Source of the DNA: a virus
Length of the DNA: 64,000 nucleotides
Reading direction: 5' to 3' (one strand)
IMG/VR virus record: IMGVR_UViG_3300031565_014867
Span: 1 to 64,000 of that record
Each line of letters opens with the position of its first letter. The stretch's first letter is position 1. The position numbers and the translations under genes were made by a program. This document shows positions 47,595-57,162 of this stretch, one piece after another. The notes below the pieces were generated by a model, which was not told where the DNA came from, searched no databases, and was given only the letters and a program-made list of their open reading frames with translations.

Positions 47595-47963
47595 TCAATA
47601 CTCGCTCGGGAGCATCAATGTCCCGTTGCAGACATAGAACTTGATTTGCGCCAGCGGGAAGTCAGTGAAGGGAATCTCTTGTGTGATGACGGCCGGTAGG
47701 CCCGAATCGCCGCGCATCGTAAGGACTGCGCTCTTGTCTTCGGCCACGACCAGTTCCCAAAGCTGGAAGTCCACCAGGTCGGGCCGTGACGCGATTCGCT
47801 TGTCCGGCTGGTAGGACGCCACGGCGTCGATCAGCCAGTAGGCCCCACCGTGCTCCGCCATGTGCCGAACACCCTCGGTGTAGACCAGCCGCTTGGTCCA
47901 ATGCTGAAAGAACTCGCTACTGCCGCAGAACTGGATCAGGTCGGATTCTCGAAGCGTCGTCAT
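47595..47963 (-). CDS. DUF6876-like protein
   Basis: F.GS...........YTEGV..MAE.GGAYWLIDAVAS, FQLWEL, QEIPFTDFPL, LMLPSEY. Confidence 0.7.
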   Translation of the reverse strand: MTTLRESDLIQFCGSSEFFQHWTKRLVYTEGVRHMAEHGGAYWLIDAVASYQPDKRIASRPDLVDFQLWELVVAEDKSAVLTMRGDSGLPAVITQEIPFTDFPLAQIKFYVCNGTLMLPSEY

Positions 47964-48068
47964 GGTGTCGTTCTCCAATGCCAAATGATCGTCGTTGTGA
48001 TTCCGTTTTCAATTCGTTGTCAGTCGACTTTCGGTACGGTGTCCTAGTGAAACGCCATAGGCCGTTGG

Positions 48069-48284
48069 CTAGTCAAGGTTTCGTCTCCGCTTCATTTCGT
48101 CGGTGGTGACAATATCGCCGGAGGGAACCATCCGGTGCATCCCGTTTCCCACCGGGTCAGAACCGATGTCACCGGACACCGGGAGGAGTGGTTCGCGGAT
48201 GACACTACCATCTGCGGCGATGTCATACGCACCCAGAACACGCAAGGGCTTGCCAGTGTCTTTCGCTATCAATCGCTTTGTCAT
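48069..48284 (-). CDS. Small hypothetical protein
   Basis: GGAGG SD. Confidence 0.55.
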   Translation of the reverse strand: MTKRLIAKDTGKPLRVLGAYDIAADGSVIREPLLPVSGDIGSDPVGNGMHRMVPSGDIVTTDEMKRRRNLD

Positions 48285-48299
48285 GCCCAGTGCCTCCGA

Positions 48300-48740
48300 T
48301 CAAGCCGGTTGTTCAAGCTGGCCCCATACCACGTCCCAAAGGCGTCCGTCACAGATATACGGCGTGTCGATCAGGTCAGCGCCGAGTTCCTTGCCCAGCC
48401 GCTGAAGGGTTTCTTCGTCGGCCGGTTCGTCCCACAAGCCGATGCCGTGGCCGAGACTGTTCATAAACAGCCGGTACAGGCGAAGCGAAACGTCGGTGCC
48501 GTCGTCGAGCCAACCGGCCCGCTTGAAAACCTCGACGACGGGCACGCCCCAGTGTTCGCCAATGGCCTTGAGGTACTCGTTCGCAATCGGAAGCAGTTCT
48601 TCTTCAGGGCCGTAGTCGGTGATGGAGCACAACTCCGCGCCGGCCGGAGGGCCGTCGCCCCGTTCCTCCATTTCAGACCAGTACAGGTCGGTGTAGGGAA
48701 CGTGAATCGCTTCCAAGAGGATTTGTTTGTCGAATTGCAT
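48300..48740 (-). CDS. Acidic hypothetical protein
   Basis: GHGIGLWD motif; co-oriented in the operon. Confidence 0.6.
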   Translation of the reverse strand: MQFDKQILLEAIHVPYTDLYWSEMEERGDGPPAGAELCSITDYGPEEELLPIANEYLKAIGEHWGVPVVEVFKRAGWLDDGTDVSLRLYRLFMNSLGHGIGLWDEPADEETLQRLGKELGADLIDTPYICDGRLWDVVWGQLEQPA

Positions 48741-48788
48741 CGGGCTGTTCCGTAGTGAGAAGACAAAGGAGAAGAGGGGCGTAGCCGG

Positions 48789-49457
48789 TCAGTCGGTCCA
48801 AGAGAAGAGGGTTCGATTGCGCCGGAAGCGGTCGCGTTTCTGCTGTCGCGTATCCGCCGGGTCCGGCGTCGGCTTGCCCGTGACGACGCAGCCGGCCTGT
48901 TCCAGTTGGTGGGCAATGTTCTCGGCACACTCGCGGCGCACTTCGTCGTGGGCGTAGTCGAAGTCGTCAATCCCGCCCACGCCGTCAGAGAAGCCTTTGT
49001 ATTCGCCCCCGCAGCACCACCACTCCCATCCGTGTTCGTACCACTTGCGGAGTTGGTCAAGCCGCTTGCGGAGCGACAGCGCCACCATTTCCCGGGCAAC
49101 CTGCTTGCTTGCGCCGTTGTCGCGATACCAGCGGTACAGGTCGTCGTCCCATCCGGCGGTGATGACGATGCGCTCGCGGTGGCCGTCGCTGTAGCAGTAG
49201 CCACGGCGCTGGTCGGCTGTATCCCGCCCTTCGTCAAGCCGCGAAACCCGTTCGACCGTATGCACGTATCCGTCGCACCAGTCCCACGGCGTTTCGCCAT
49301 TCATGGTGATATCAGGGAAGACTTCCACGGCCGCCAGAATGTCGTCGAAGTCGACGTAGACGGATTCCACGTCCGTAGTGACCGTGGTATGTACCAGCAC
49401 GTCGCCCGTGCGGATCGTCGTGGTTGCGGTCTTGCTTTGTTTCAGTTGCGTTGTCAT
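48789..49457 (-). CDS. Hypothetical protein
   Basis: AGGAG SD, 222 aa. Confidence 0.65.
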   Translation of the reverse strand: MTTQLKQSKTATTTIRTGDVLVHTTVTTDVESVYVDFDDILAAVEVFPDITMNGETPWDWCDGYVHTVERVSRLDEGRDTADQRRGYCYSDGHRERIVITAGWDDDLYRWYRDNGASKQVAREMVALSLRKRLDQLRKWYEHGWEWWCCGGEYKGFSDGVGGIDDFDYAHDEVRRECAENIAHQLEQAGCVVTGKPTPDPADTRQQKRDRFRRNRTLFSWTD

Positions 49458-49477
49458 GGTTGTTATGCTCCTGTTGA

Positions 49478-50122
49478 TTAGTATTCACTCTGACAATGCG
49501 CTTCTCTCACTTCCTCGATCGCGTCGTCCGCCATCACACTTGTCAACTCGTTTACTGGCATCCCGCCATTACCCTCTTGCGGAAGAAAGCCCTCACGAAA
49601 AGGCGTGTCGAGAATTCGGTCAATCTCGGGCACGCCAAAGTAGCTCACGTCCTCTGTCTGTGTGTCTCCCTCTCGAATCGCCTCCCATAGCTCCTCGTCT
49701 TCGGTGTCTGTGAGTTCGCGGCTTGTCTCCCATTGGCTTCCGAGAAAGTGAAGCTCATAAGTGGCCTCGAAGCTACAAAGGTGGAAGTGTTGGCGACGAT
49801 CAAACACGTAGACACCATACAGCCGACTCGTGCGTTCCAAGATCATTGGATCAACCCAATGTTCCCGTTCGTCGAGTTTGACAATCCACAAGTCGGGGAG
49901 AAGTTCTACGCGCTCGTTTTCTTCCAAGCCCTCATGCCTCCCGTAGCGACGATAGATACGGGGCTCCCGGTTGTTCTCCCATTCGTCTTGCGTGTAAAGC
50001 CAACCGCTGTTGTTCTCGCTGTCGAGGTGAAGCAATGTCCGGTTATCTTCAGCAATGAGAACAGCGGTAGGTTTGAAAGGTGCCCTTGAGTCGCTCATGG
50101 TTTGTTCCAGTTGTGTCGTCAT
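49478..50122 (-). CDS. Acidic hypothetical protein
   Basis: GGGAG SD, 214 aa. Confidence 0.65.
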   Translation of the reverse strand: MTTQLEQTMSDSRAPFKPTAVLIAEDNRTLLHLDSENNSGWLYTQDEWENNREPRIYRRYGRHEGLEENERVELLPDLWIVKLDEREHWVDPMILERTSRLYGVYVFDRRQHFHLCSFEATYELHFLGSQWETSRELTDTEDEELWEAIREGDTQTEDVSYFGVPEIDRILDTPFREGFLPQEGNGGMPVNELTSVMADDAIEEVREAHCQSEY

Positions 50123-50126
50123 GGTG

Positions 50127-50498
50127 CTATGCTCCCACTTTCAGGTCATAGTCGCGGTAGTAGTCAGCCCACAATTCGGCCACTTCCCCGCCTTCTCGAA
50201 TCGCTTCACACACATACTCGACGCCATCGGTGGTCAACTCGTTTTCGAGCCAAGCGCCGACTTTGTGGCTGTCGTCGAATTCAATGGCGTTGACACACTG
50301 CGGCCCCGCCCCGCAATGTTGCGGGCAATCGGCTTCTCCGCCCCCGTCCGGGTACGGCCCTTTCGGGAATTCCTCGGAATCGTAGCTCCGTTCGTCGTCC
50401 GGATCGGCCGGCGCGAGCCCTTCGCGGGTTATTCGCTCGCGGATTGCTTCCCCGCACTGTTCGCAGTAGATGTCAGCAGCGTAGATGTAGACCAACAT
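50127..50498 (-). CDS. Acidic hypothetical protein with Cys motifs
   Basis: YAADIYCEQC, DSEEFPKGP, EADCPQHC, LENELT.DG..YV. Confidence 0.65.
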   Translation of the reverse strand: MLVYIYAADIYCEQCGEAIRERITREGLAPADPDDERSYDSEEFPKGPYPDGGGEADCPQHCGAGPQCVNAIEFDDSHKVGAWLENELTTDGVEYVCEAIREGGEVAELWADYYRDYDLKVGA

Positions 50499-50519
50499 GG
50501 CGATTGCTCCTGTTGAACC

Positions 50520-51122
50520 CTATTGAGCGGGGATGAACCGGCCGTGTTCTTCGTCCCAATCCCATCGGTCATAGTCCAGGGGACTGATTCCTTCGGGCGG
50601 GAAGCCGGGGGCGTGATACGTGACGGGGAACGGCATTCCCTTACCGCTGGCGATACCCTCTTGCCCTTCCACGTAGAGGTTGTCGGTGTCGTACCATACG
50701 CCTTGCCCCGACATACTTGGTTGGCCGATGCAGCCGCCTTCAACGAAGTTCCCTTTCAGTGTCAGCCACAATTCGCTCTCGGGAATGCCGAGTCGCCGGG
50801 CAGCTTCTTCGGCCTTGGCGGACATTTCGGCCGTCAGTTCCATCCCGTCGCTTAGGGGCTCGCCGTAGTCGTCACCTTCAACGTCGACGTCGATTGCGAT
50901 GATGCTGCCGTGCTCTTCAGACTCGGCCAGTATGTCGATAGCGTCAGATACGTTGTCGGCTTCGACGATGTAGTGTGGGCCGCCCGTATTGGAGATACAG
51001 ACGGACAGATGCCACGTCTTACCGAACCAGTCGCCGGCGTTGACGACGGGCGCTTCGTAGTCTCTTCCGTCAACAGTCCACTTGGCCGTAACCTTCGGCT
51101 CGCTTGTGTCGTTGCTAGTCAT
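50520..51122 (-). CDS. Acidic hypothetical protein, first gene of early operon B
   Basis: 200 aa, directly downstream of the duplicated promoter module. Confidence 0.65.
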   Translation of the reverse strand: MTSNDTSEPKVTAKWTVDGRDYEAPVVNAGDWFGKTWHLSVCISNTGGPHYIVEADNVSDAIDILAESEEHGSIIAIDVDVEGDDYGEPLSDGMELTAEMSAKAEEAARRLGIPESELWLTLKGNFVEGGCIGQPSMSGQGVWYDTDNLYVEGQEGIASGKGMPFPVTYHAPGFPPEGISPLDYDRWDWDEEHGRFIPAQ

Positions 51123-51161
51123 GGTTGTTTCTCTTCGATCAAAGTGCGTTGCGTTCGTCTT

Positions 51162-51331
51162 GTACCTGAAGCATTTCCTTCAGTCGGCCTGAAGTCAAAC
51201 AGGAACCATGCGAAGCAAAACAGCGCGCAAGTGCGCAAGTATTCGGATGCAATTGCTACACACCTAGCCGTGTCCAACGCCATCCCAACCGGACCGGCGC
51301 CGGGCATGTTCGCCCTAACTATGTGCTTAAC
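51162..51331 (-). promoter_or_regulatory. Duplicated promoter/operator module, copy B
   Basis: 33/39 identical in the first block and an identical 21-mer CGCCCTAACTATGTGCTTAAC relative to copy A. Confidence 0.75.
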
Positions 51332-51964
51332 CGATGGCGCTGAAGTACGGCATGAAACCATGCCGGTAGCAACACGCGCTTAACCGTATGGTTTCCGCTA
51401 GTGTTCGCATGTCGCAGGCACGTTGCGATCGAGTGACTGCACCATGCCACGCGAACCAGGGGCCCCGATGCCTTCTGTTCACTCATTGCGATACATCCCC
51501 TGCTTGTCGCTCCATGCTGCGTGCGGTTTTTCTTCACGGTTCATTCGTTCTCCGAGCGAGCAGTCTCCTCCCAAGTTCCGTGTTCACGCAGCATCTCGTG
51601 ACGCCAGCGCGAACACAGCAGCTTTCGATACAGTGGATTACTCAACGACAAGGCAGGTGTGTGTGTCTTGGCTCTCAAACGACGGCCATCGACGGGCGAG
51701 TGCGCGGCCGCCGGTGGTCATCGTGGCATTCGGAGCCGAAGCAGCCACGTTCTGTTCCTTCGGAGGCCAGGATTGCGCGCACCGTGAGCGCAACAGGGCA
51801 CCGGTTCGACGGCGACCATGCGACTGCGTGGCGCAGCCAGGTCAACGTCGGGTCAACACGGCAGGAAGATCACAGATGCAAGCGACAAGGATGCAGGTAG
51901 GTGGGCACGATCCATTTGGGCAGTTGCGGTCCGGCCGCCCCTTCGGGTCGATCGTGTTGTGGCA

Positions 51965-52061
51965 GGTGTAGTTATTCGTAAGCGCCAAATGGGGTCCAAG
52001 CGCGAATCAAGCGCGCCCTCGGGGTGGTCTGTTCTGACCCACCCCGAAGCGCTAAGCGCCG
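51965..52061. repeat. AAGCGC-rich hairpin element, copy B
   Basis: GGTGTAGTT..CGTAAGCGCC....GGGGTCCAAGCGCGAAT shared with 47470-47593. Confidence 0.75.
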
Positions 52062-52079
52062 AGTGGCGGCAGTGTTTCG

Positions 52080-52700
52080 TCAGAACAAGTCCATTGTCAC
52101 CATTGCACGGTACACCGCTGCTTCGGCCAGGGCATCACTCAGCGCATCGTGGGGATTCTCATTGGTGACGCGGAACCTGCGGCAGAGGGAGCCGAGGCCG
52201 ACCTTGTTGAAAGGCAGCTTCTCGCCGGCGAAGGCGGCACGGTCGTTCATCGAGAGAGCTAGCAGGAAAGCATCACGGGCGTGGGAATGGAAGAGCGTCT
52301 GTTTCTCGTCGATGCCCAGCCAGGCCGTGAGAAATGCAGACTCGAAGGCCCAGTTGTGGGCCAGGGGCACCAGCGTCTTGCCGGCCGGCAGATCGAGCCG
52401 CTCCCACCATTCTCGCAGCAGATCGGCCACCTTGCCGGGATGCGGGGCATGGAGGATCAAGTCTTCGAGATTCAGACCGTGGACCTGGGAGGCTTCACGC
52501 TCGGCCCGCTCCGGGTGGAGCGGACGGACGTTGTGATAGAACGGGCGGACGCCATGCAATGGTCGGATGTCGGAATCAAGCGGCACGACGGCGATCTGCA
52601 GAATCTCATGGTAGCCGGGCCGACGCCCGGTCGTTTCAAGATCGACCGACGCCAGCAGGTTGCCGTTGAGCGCAACAAGGCCCGAGTAGATGTTAGGCAT
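52080..52700 (-). CDS. DEDDh 3'-5' exonuclease (DnaQ/RNase T-like)
   Basis: VDLETTG, AHNWAFE, HDALSDA. Confidence 0.9.
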   Translation of the reverse strand: MPNIYSGLVALNGNLLASVDLETTGRRPGYHEILQIAVVPLDSDIRPLHGVRPFYHNVRPLHPERAEREASQVHGLNLEDLILHAPHPGKVADLLREWWERLDLPAGKTLVPLAHNWAFESAFLTAWLGIDEKQTLFHSHARDAFLLALSMNDRAAFAGEKLPFNKVGLGSLCRRFRVTNENPHDALSDALAEAAVYRAMVTMDLF

Positions 52701-53364
52701 CAGTGGCAACCTCCACCTTGAGGTTTTCGGCACGGTCCTCTGGAGTCTGCTCGGGCCGGGGGCCACCACCGACCAGCCAGCAGGCGCAGCGGTCGGCCCA
52801 GACGCGAAGCCGACCGATGGATTTGCTGCTGCCGGCGTCGCCGCCGATCACGTAGTCCCATCCGTCGTAGCCCAAAAGCGCCCGGTCGGCGACGTCGGGG
52901 CCGGGACCGTAACCTGGGCGGACGATCTTCACCAGCACACCGCCCGACTTACGGATCGCCTCGGCTTCGTTGGGGAAGCGCACGTCGGGGATGACCAGTA
53001 CGTCGAGGTCGTGCCGGCCTTTCAAGAGGTAGTCCAGCCACGTCGGTTCGTAGACGTTCTCGCGGATCGCCTTGGTTCCCATGTCGATCCAGATTTGTCG
53101 AGGACTCTTGCCGATCTCGGGCAGGACGACTTCGCGGTAGTGTTCGCCATCGCATGTCTCGTAGAACTCCGGCTCGCGCAGTCCTGCCCAACCATAGAGA
53201 TCGTGGCAGACCTGCTTGAGCTTGTACGCGAATGACCGTTTGCCAATAGCGAAATGCGGGTCACGTTCGCGGCACGCCTCGACGAGAAAGTTGGCGAATG
53301 TATCCTTGCCAACGCGTTTGTATGCCCCCAAGCCGATGATAAGCGTTGCTGTTGTTGTGTTCAT
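52693..53364 (-). CDS. Deoxynucleoside monophosphate kinase
   Basis: IIGLGAYKRVGKDT, SFAYKLK, SPRQIWIDMGT, IPDVRFPNEAE.I...GG. Confidence 0.85.
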   Translation of the reverse strand: MNTTTATLIIGLGAYKRVGKDTFANFLVEACRERDPHFAIGKRSFAYKLKQVCHDLYGWAGLREPEFYETCDGEHYREVVLPEIGKSPRQIWIDMGTKAIRENVYEPTWLDYLLKGRHDLDVLVIPDVRFPNEAEAIRKSGGVLVKIVRPGYGPGPDVADRALLGYDGWDYVIGGDAGSSKSIGRLRVWADRCACWLVGGGPRPEQTPEDRAENLKVEVATDA

Positions 53365-53876
53365 ACCGCAGTCCTCCCAGTAAGATAAGACCAGTTTCTG
53401 CCTTTGAGAATTGCCCCTATGGATGCTTTGCTCACGCCGTACTTGCGGGCGATGTCGATCCAGCGCATCTTGCCTTCGTGGCCCAGTATTTCGAGCACTT
53501 GCTTTTCTGTGAGCTTTGCCAGATGGTGCCGGGTTCCTCTGCACCGGCGACCTTTCTCGTGGCAATCCACCATGTTGTCGTGATGCGTTCCGAGGAACAG
53601 GTGATGGGGATTCATGCACCTTGGGTTGTCGCACGTATGGCAGACAAGCAAGTCACCAGGTTGCTTTCCGTAATGATCGAGGTACGCGATTCGAGTTGCC
53701 GTGAATTGGACATTGTTGATCCACACCAGCGGGTAACCAGAACCACCGATTCGACCTTGCCAAGGCCAACAATCGTGCTTGGGCCCTTTCTTGACTTTGG
53801 CCCACAAGTTGTCCCGCTGTTTCTGCGAAAGACATGGTGGAAGTGGCAGCACGTTGTGCGTTGTTGGTGTGGACAT
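53361..53876 (-). CDS. HNH homing endonuclease with C-terminal HTH
   Basis: CWPWQG, VCHTCDNPRCMNPHHLFLGTHHDN, AKLTE..V..I. Confidence 0.9.
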   Translation of the reverse strand: MSTPTTHNVLPLPPCLSQKQRDNLWAKVKKGPKHDCWPWQGRIGGSGYPLVWINNVQFTATRIAYLDHYGKQPGDLLVCHTCDNPRCMNPHHLFLGTHHDNMVDCHEKGRRCRGTRHHLAKLTEKQVLEILGHEGKMRWIDIARKYGVSKASIGAILKGRNWSYLTGRTAV

Positions 53877-53979
53877 GAGATTACCTCTTGAACAAGAGTC
53901 AACGTCGCCAAGGTGGGACCGGTGTGCGCCGGTGGACGACAGGGTGAGAAGTGAGTAAAGGAAAGGACCAGAGGAAGAC

Positions 53980-56844
53980 TCAATCGCCTTCAAGCCGCAG
54001 CTTGCCGTCGATGCGGACGTATCGCTTGGCGTCTGCCGGCAACGTCCCTGGCTTCTCCCAGGCGAGGTTGCCGATGAACTTCTTGTTGTCCGTCCCTGCA
54101 CCAACCGGGAATCGCGTGGGCATCGCGCGGGAAGTCTTGATCTTGCCCCATTGATGACAGTCCTCGGCCGGAAGCCACTTATGGAATGCTCCGTGGAACT
54201 CGGCAAGCAGCACCTTCGAGCCGGGGACCTCATGGCAGTGCTCGGCCAGGAACTCCTCCAACGCATTGCGCGAGAACTGCTCGGCCTCTTGCTTGTGTCC
54301 GGTCGCCACGATAGGGATGCGCAGCCGACCCACGACAGGCGGCAGGTGCAGGTCCACTAACGTCCGCATGAAATGCGATGCCTCTTCTTCGAGCTTGCCC
54401 AGCAGAACCTTCTTAGGGATTTCTTCCACCAGGTCTGGAACGTAGATCATCGTGATACGGGTATCGCCGGGAAAGATCGGGCAGGCATCTTGTCGGTTGG
54501 CACACTGTATCCAGTGCGTCGTGTTGGGTTGCGAGTAACTGTCGGTCCGCATCTTGCGAATCGAAATCGTTCTGCCCGTGACCCATTCCTTGATCCGATT
54601 GTGCGCCGAGGCCCCGGCCACGCTGATGTTCTTTTCCTCGACGACGCAGAGCACGGCGTTTGCCAGTTCACCGTTGAAGTCGTTCTTGTTCGTCAAGGAC
54701 CGGTCCGCGAAAACGACTCCCGAAGTCATCAACAGACTGATTGCTTCGTGCAGGATCGACTTGCCGCTGTTCTCCGGGCCAAAGAGAAAGAGGTATGGCA
54801 GCGGCTCGAACGGATCACGCAGCAGGCAGGCGGTCCACGCCAATAGGTAGTCAGCGCCCGACTTGATGTTGGCTCGCTCGGCCCACGGCAGTTTGCGCAA
54901 CGATGGTGTGAGGTCTTGACCGATGTGCTGGAGAATCTTGTCCCAATGCGGATGTTGGGGAACCTGGTCGTCAACCAGTTCGACCGGTTGATACCGATAC
55001 TGGGCCGCTTCAAGGTTCCAGCGCCGATTGCCGGGGTACTCGGGTTGGAACGGCAGGTTGACCAACTCCCATGCTTTCAAGATGGCTCCACCCATGATGA
55101 TGTCGGCCTCGGCCTTCTTGCAGCCGAGGGCCATCAGAGCCGACCTCACGTCATCCTTCGGCTGGCGAATCCAACGGCCGTTCTGCACCCTCCCCATCCA
55201 GCCCGCCCGCTCACCGGCCGGAGTGTAGAGACATCGAAGGGCATTGTCATGCTCCGCAGCATCGAGGTCTTCCTTCCTCTGTTCGGTGTGTACGTTGCAC
55301 ACCCGCTCCCACCAACCACGTCCTTTTGCCCAACCCTCGCCCGGCTTCTGGTCGACTATAGGGTCAGGATCGCCCAAAATCTCCATTTCGACACCGTCGA
55401 GAATTACCAAGACGCGATCGTCGTCGGTCCTCTTGACTTCTGCCCCCTGCTTGCGCCACTTTTCGAGGGGGTCGGCAGCGCGATTCCTTCCAGTTCCATT
55501 ACCCTCTCGGTGCTTTATCAGCACAACGAGTTGACCATTCTTGTTCTTCTTGAGCTTGGCTTCACGGTCCAGCCACTTCTCGTCGAGTTCGATTTTCTGG
55601 CCGAGGGCCTCCGCCGCTTTGAGTGCGTCCCTGGCACGGTCGAACTGAAATGTGCCATCGGACAATTCCGCACCGCCGGCGACCCTTGCTGCCAAGGCCA
55701 GGTCGGGCAGACGATTGAAGTAGCAGCACGTCCACCCCTCGCCATCCTGTTCCCACGTCTCAGCCTCCGCGATGCCGGGCGAAAAGCGAAAGACGCGCCA
55801 CGCGCCGTCGAGCATCGGGAACATGAAGCAGTTCGGCGTGGCCCGGTCGTTACCTTCCGAGATCGTCCTAAAGATACCCCTCAGTCCCAGTTCGCGCCGT
55901 TTGTCGGGGTCATCGATCAAGTTGGCCAGGACCTTTGTGTGAGTTTGCAGCAGGTGGTGGTCGGTGGTCCATACTGTGGAGAACCTGCTCGTGGTCAATT
56001 CGTCGATAAGGGCTTTGTGCTTGTCATCCAGCAGTACGGTGGTGCGTGACGAAGCTAATGCCTCAAACGGGTCGAGATGCTCGTCGGCCACGGCCTGGAC
56101 GCGAACCTTGGCACGACGACGGGTGACGACTTCCACATGGTCTCGCCAATTGGCCGGCAGGTCGGTCACCGACAGTCCCTTCTCGGCGGCTGCGAGCAGT
56201 TCCAATCCCCGGTTTTCCGGGGTCATCTTCCGTGCCCAAATCCAAAGCAGTCCGCCGCAGCAGTCGATCTGGCTGGCAAAGTCGAAACCTGTTTCGTTCG
56301 ACATCATCCCGAGGATCGCCCGCGCCAGTGCGGCGTGCTCCGTATGGTTGTTCGTCGGGATGCCCTCTTCGTCGAAGTAGACATAGAGATGAAGGCCGTT
56401 GCCGCCGGTGCTCCGGCGGGCCTCGACGTAAGGCAGGTCTTCGGCCGCTTTGCGAATCTCGGCGAGTTGCTCGTAGGTCACGCCAATCCCAGCCGCGTGC
56501 CCAGTAATACTGTCGAAGTCGAAGCCCACCCAACGCGATCGCCGGGCTTGCCAGTCCCAGCCCGTGCAGCCGATCGCATCGGCGTGCAGGTCCAACGGCC
56601 ACGTCATTTCATAGTCGCGGAACTCGGGATCAGCGTGGGCGTTCTTCGGAATACGGATGTTCCACCACTCGTCGACACCATCCGTGTACGTGTTTCGTTT
56701 GCCAGTGACCGGCTCGCCCTTGCCGGCGGCCACGTTGATCTGCGTTTCCATTGCCGGCGTCCAGCGGTCCAGCAGATCGGGACCGTTGTGCGAAGCACGC
56801 CGCGCGCGGAAGAACGATCGCAGCGATTCGGTGACCGTGGGCAT
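53980..56844 (-). CDS. Primase-polymerase fused to an SF3/D5-like helicase
   Basis: WVGFDFDS and RSTGGNGLHLY (AEP-like); FGPENSGKS, CVVEE, DTRI. Confidence 0.85.
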   Translation of the reverse strand: MPTVTESLRSFFRARRASHNGPDLLDRWTPAMETQINVAAGKGEPVTGKRNTYTDGVDEWWNIRIPKNAHADPEFRDYEMTWPLDLHADAIGCTGWDWQARRSRWVGFDFDSITGHAAGIGVTYEQLAEIRKAAEDLPYVEARRSTGGNGLHLYVYFDEEGIPTNNHTEHAALARAILGMMSNETGFDFASQIDCCGGLLWIWARKMTPENRGLELLAAAEKGLSVTDLPANWRDHVEVVTRRRAKVRVQAVADEHLDPFEALASSRTTVLLDDKHKALIDELTTSRFSTVWTTDHHLLQTHTKVLANLIDDPDKRRELGLRGIFRTISEGNDRATPNCFMFPMLDGAWRVFRFSPGIAEAETWEQDGEGWTCCYFNRLPDLALAARVAGGAELSDGTFQFDRARDALKAAEALGQKIELDEKWLDREAKLKKNKNGQLVVLIKHREGNGTGRNRAADPLEKWRKQGAEVKRTDDDRVLVILDGVEMEILGDPDPIVDQKPGEGWAKGRGWWERVCNVHTEQRKEDLDAAEHDNALRCLYTPAGERAGWMGRVQNGRWIRQPKDDVRSALMALGCKKAEADIIMGGAILKAWELVNLPFQPEYPGNRRWNLEAAQYRYQPVELVDDQVPQHPHWDKILQHIGQDLTPSLRKLPWAERANIKSGADYLLAWTACLLRDPFEPLPYLFLFGPENSGKSILHEAISLLMTSGVVFADRSLTNKNDFNGELANAVLCVVEEKNISVAGASAHNRIKEWVTGRTISIRKMRTDSYSQPNTTHWIQCANRQDACPIFPGDTRITMIYVPDLVEEIPKKVLLGKLEEEASHFMRTLVDLHLPPVVGRLRIPIVATGHKQEAEQFSRNALEEFLAEHCHEVPGSKVLLAEFHGAFHKWLPAEDCHQWGKIKTSRAMPTRFPVGAGTDNKKFIGNLAWEKPGTLPADAKRYVRIDGKLRLEGD

Positions 56845-56942
56845 AATGCCCTCCACAAGACATGGGGAGTGAGGTGGGGCGGGACGAGGAGCGGGACGAG
56901 GAGCGGGCGTACCTTGCGAACGAAGGCACGACTTCCTAGATG

Positions 56943-56988
56943 TCTACTAAAGTAAAGTAATTCCGAGGGGGGTCTGTTTCGAGAATCT
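56943..56988 (-). promoter_or_regulatory. Phage-specific promoter-like motif, copy 2, upstream of the primase-helicase operon
   Basis: TCTACTAAAGTAAAGTAATTCCGAGGGGGGTCTGTTTCGAGAATCT. Confidence 0.7.
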
Positions 56989-57099
56989 CCAGAATTCTTG
57001 GAATCTCCCGACACCAGTGCGATTACGCCGCGTCAGTGGGCCGTTTATGCGGGCTCGTGCCGCGTCGAATAGCAACGTCTTTGGTGCTTTCTTGTAATA

Positions 57100-57141
57100 T
57101 CTCGAAACAGCCCCCCGTCAAAATCACTTTACTTTAGTAGA
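57100..57141 (+). promoter_or_regulatory. Phage-specific promoter-like motif, copy 3, upstream of the ParB-like operon
   Basis: Reverse complement is 37/42 identical to copy 2. Confidence 0.7.
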
Positions 57142-57162
57142 TACGCTTCGGAAGGGAGCAAC

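Noticed and set aside
56881-56907. Tandem 12-bp repeat GGGACGAGGAGC as iterons
   Set aside because: Only two copies in a purine-rich leader; insufficient evidence
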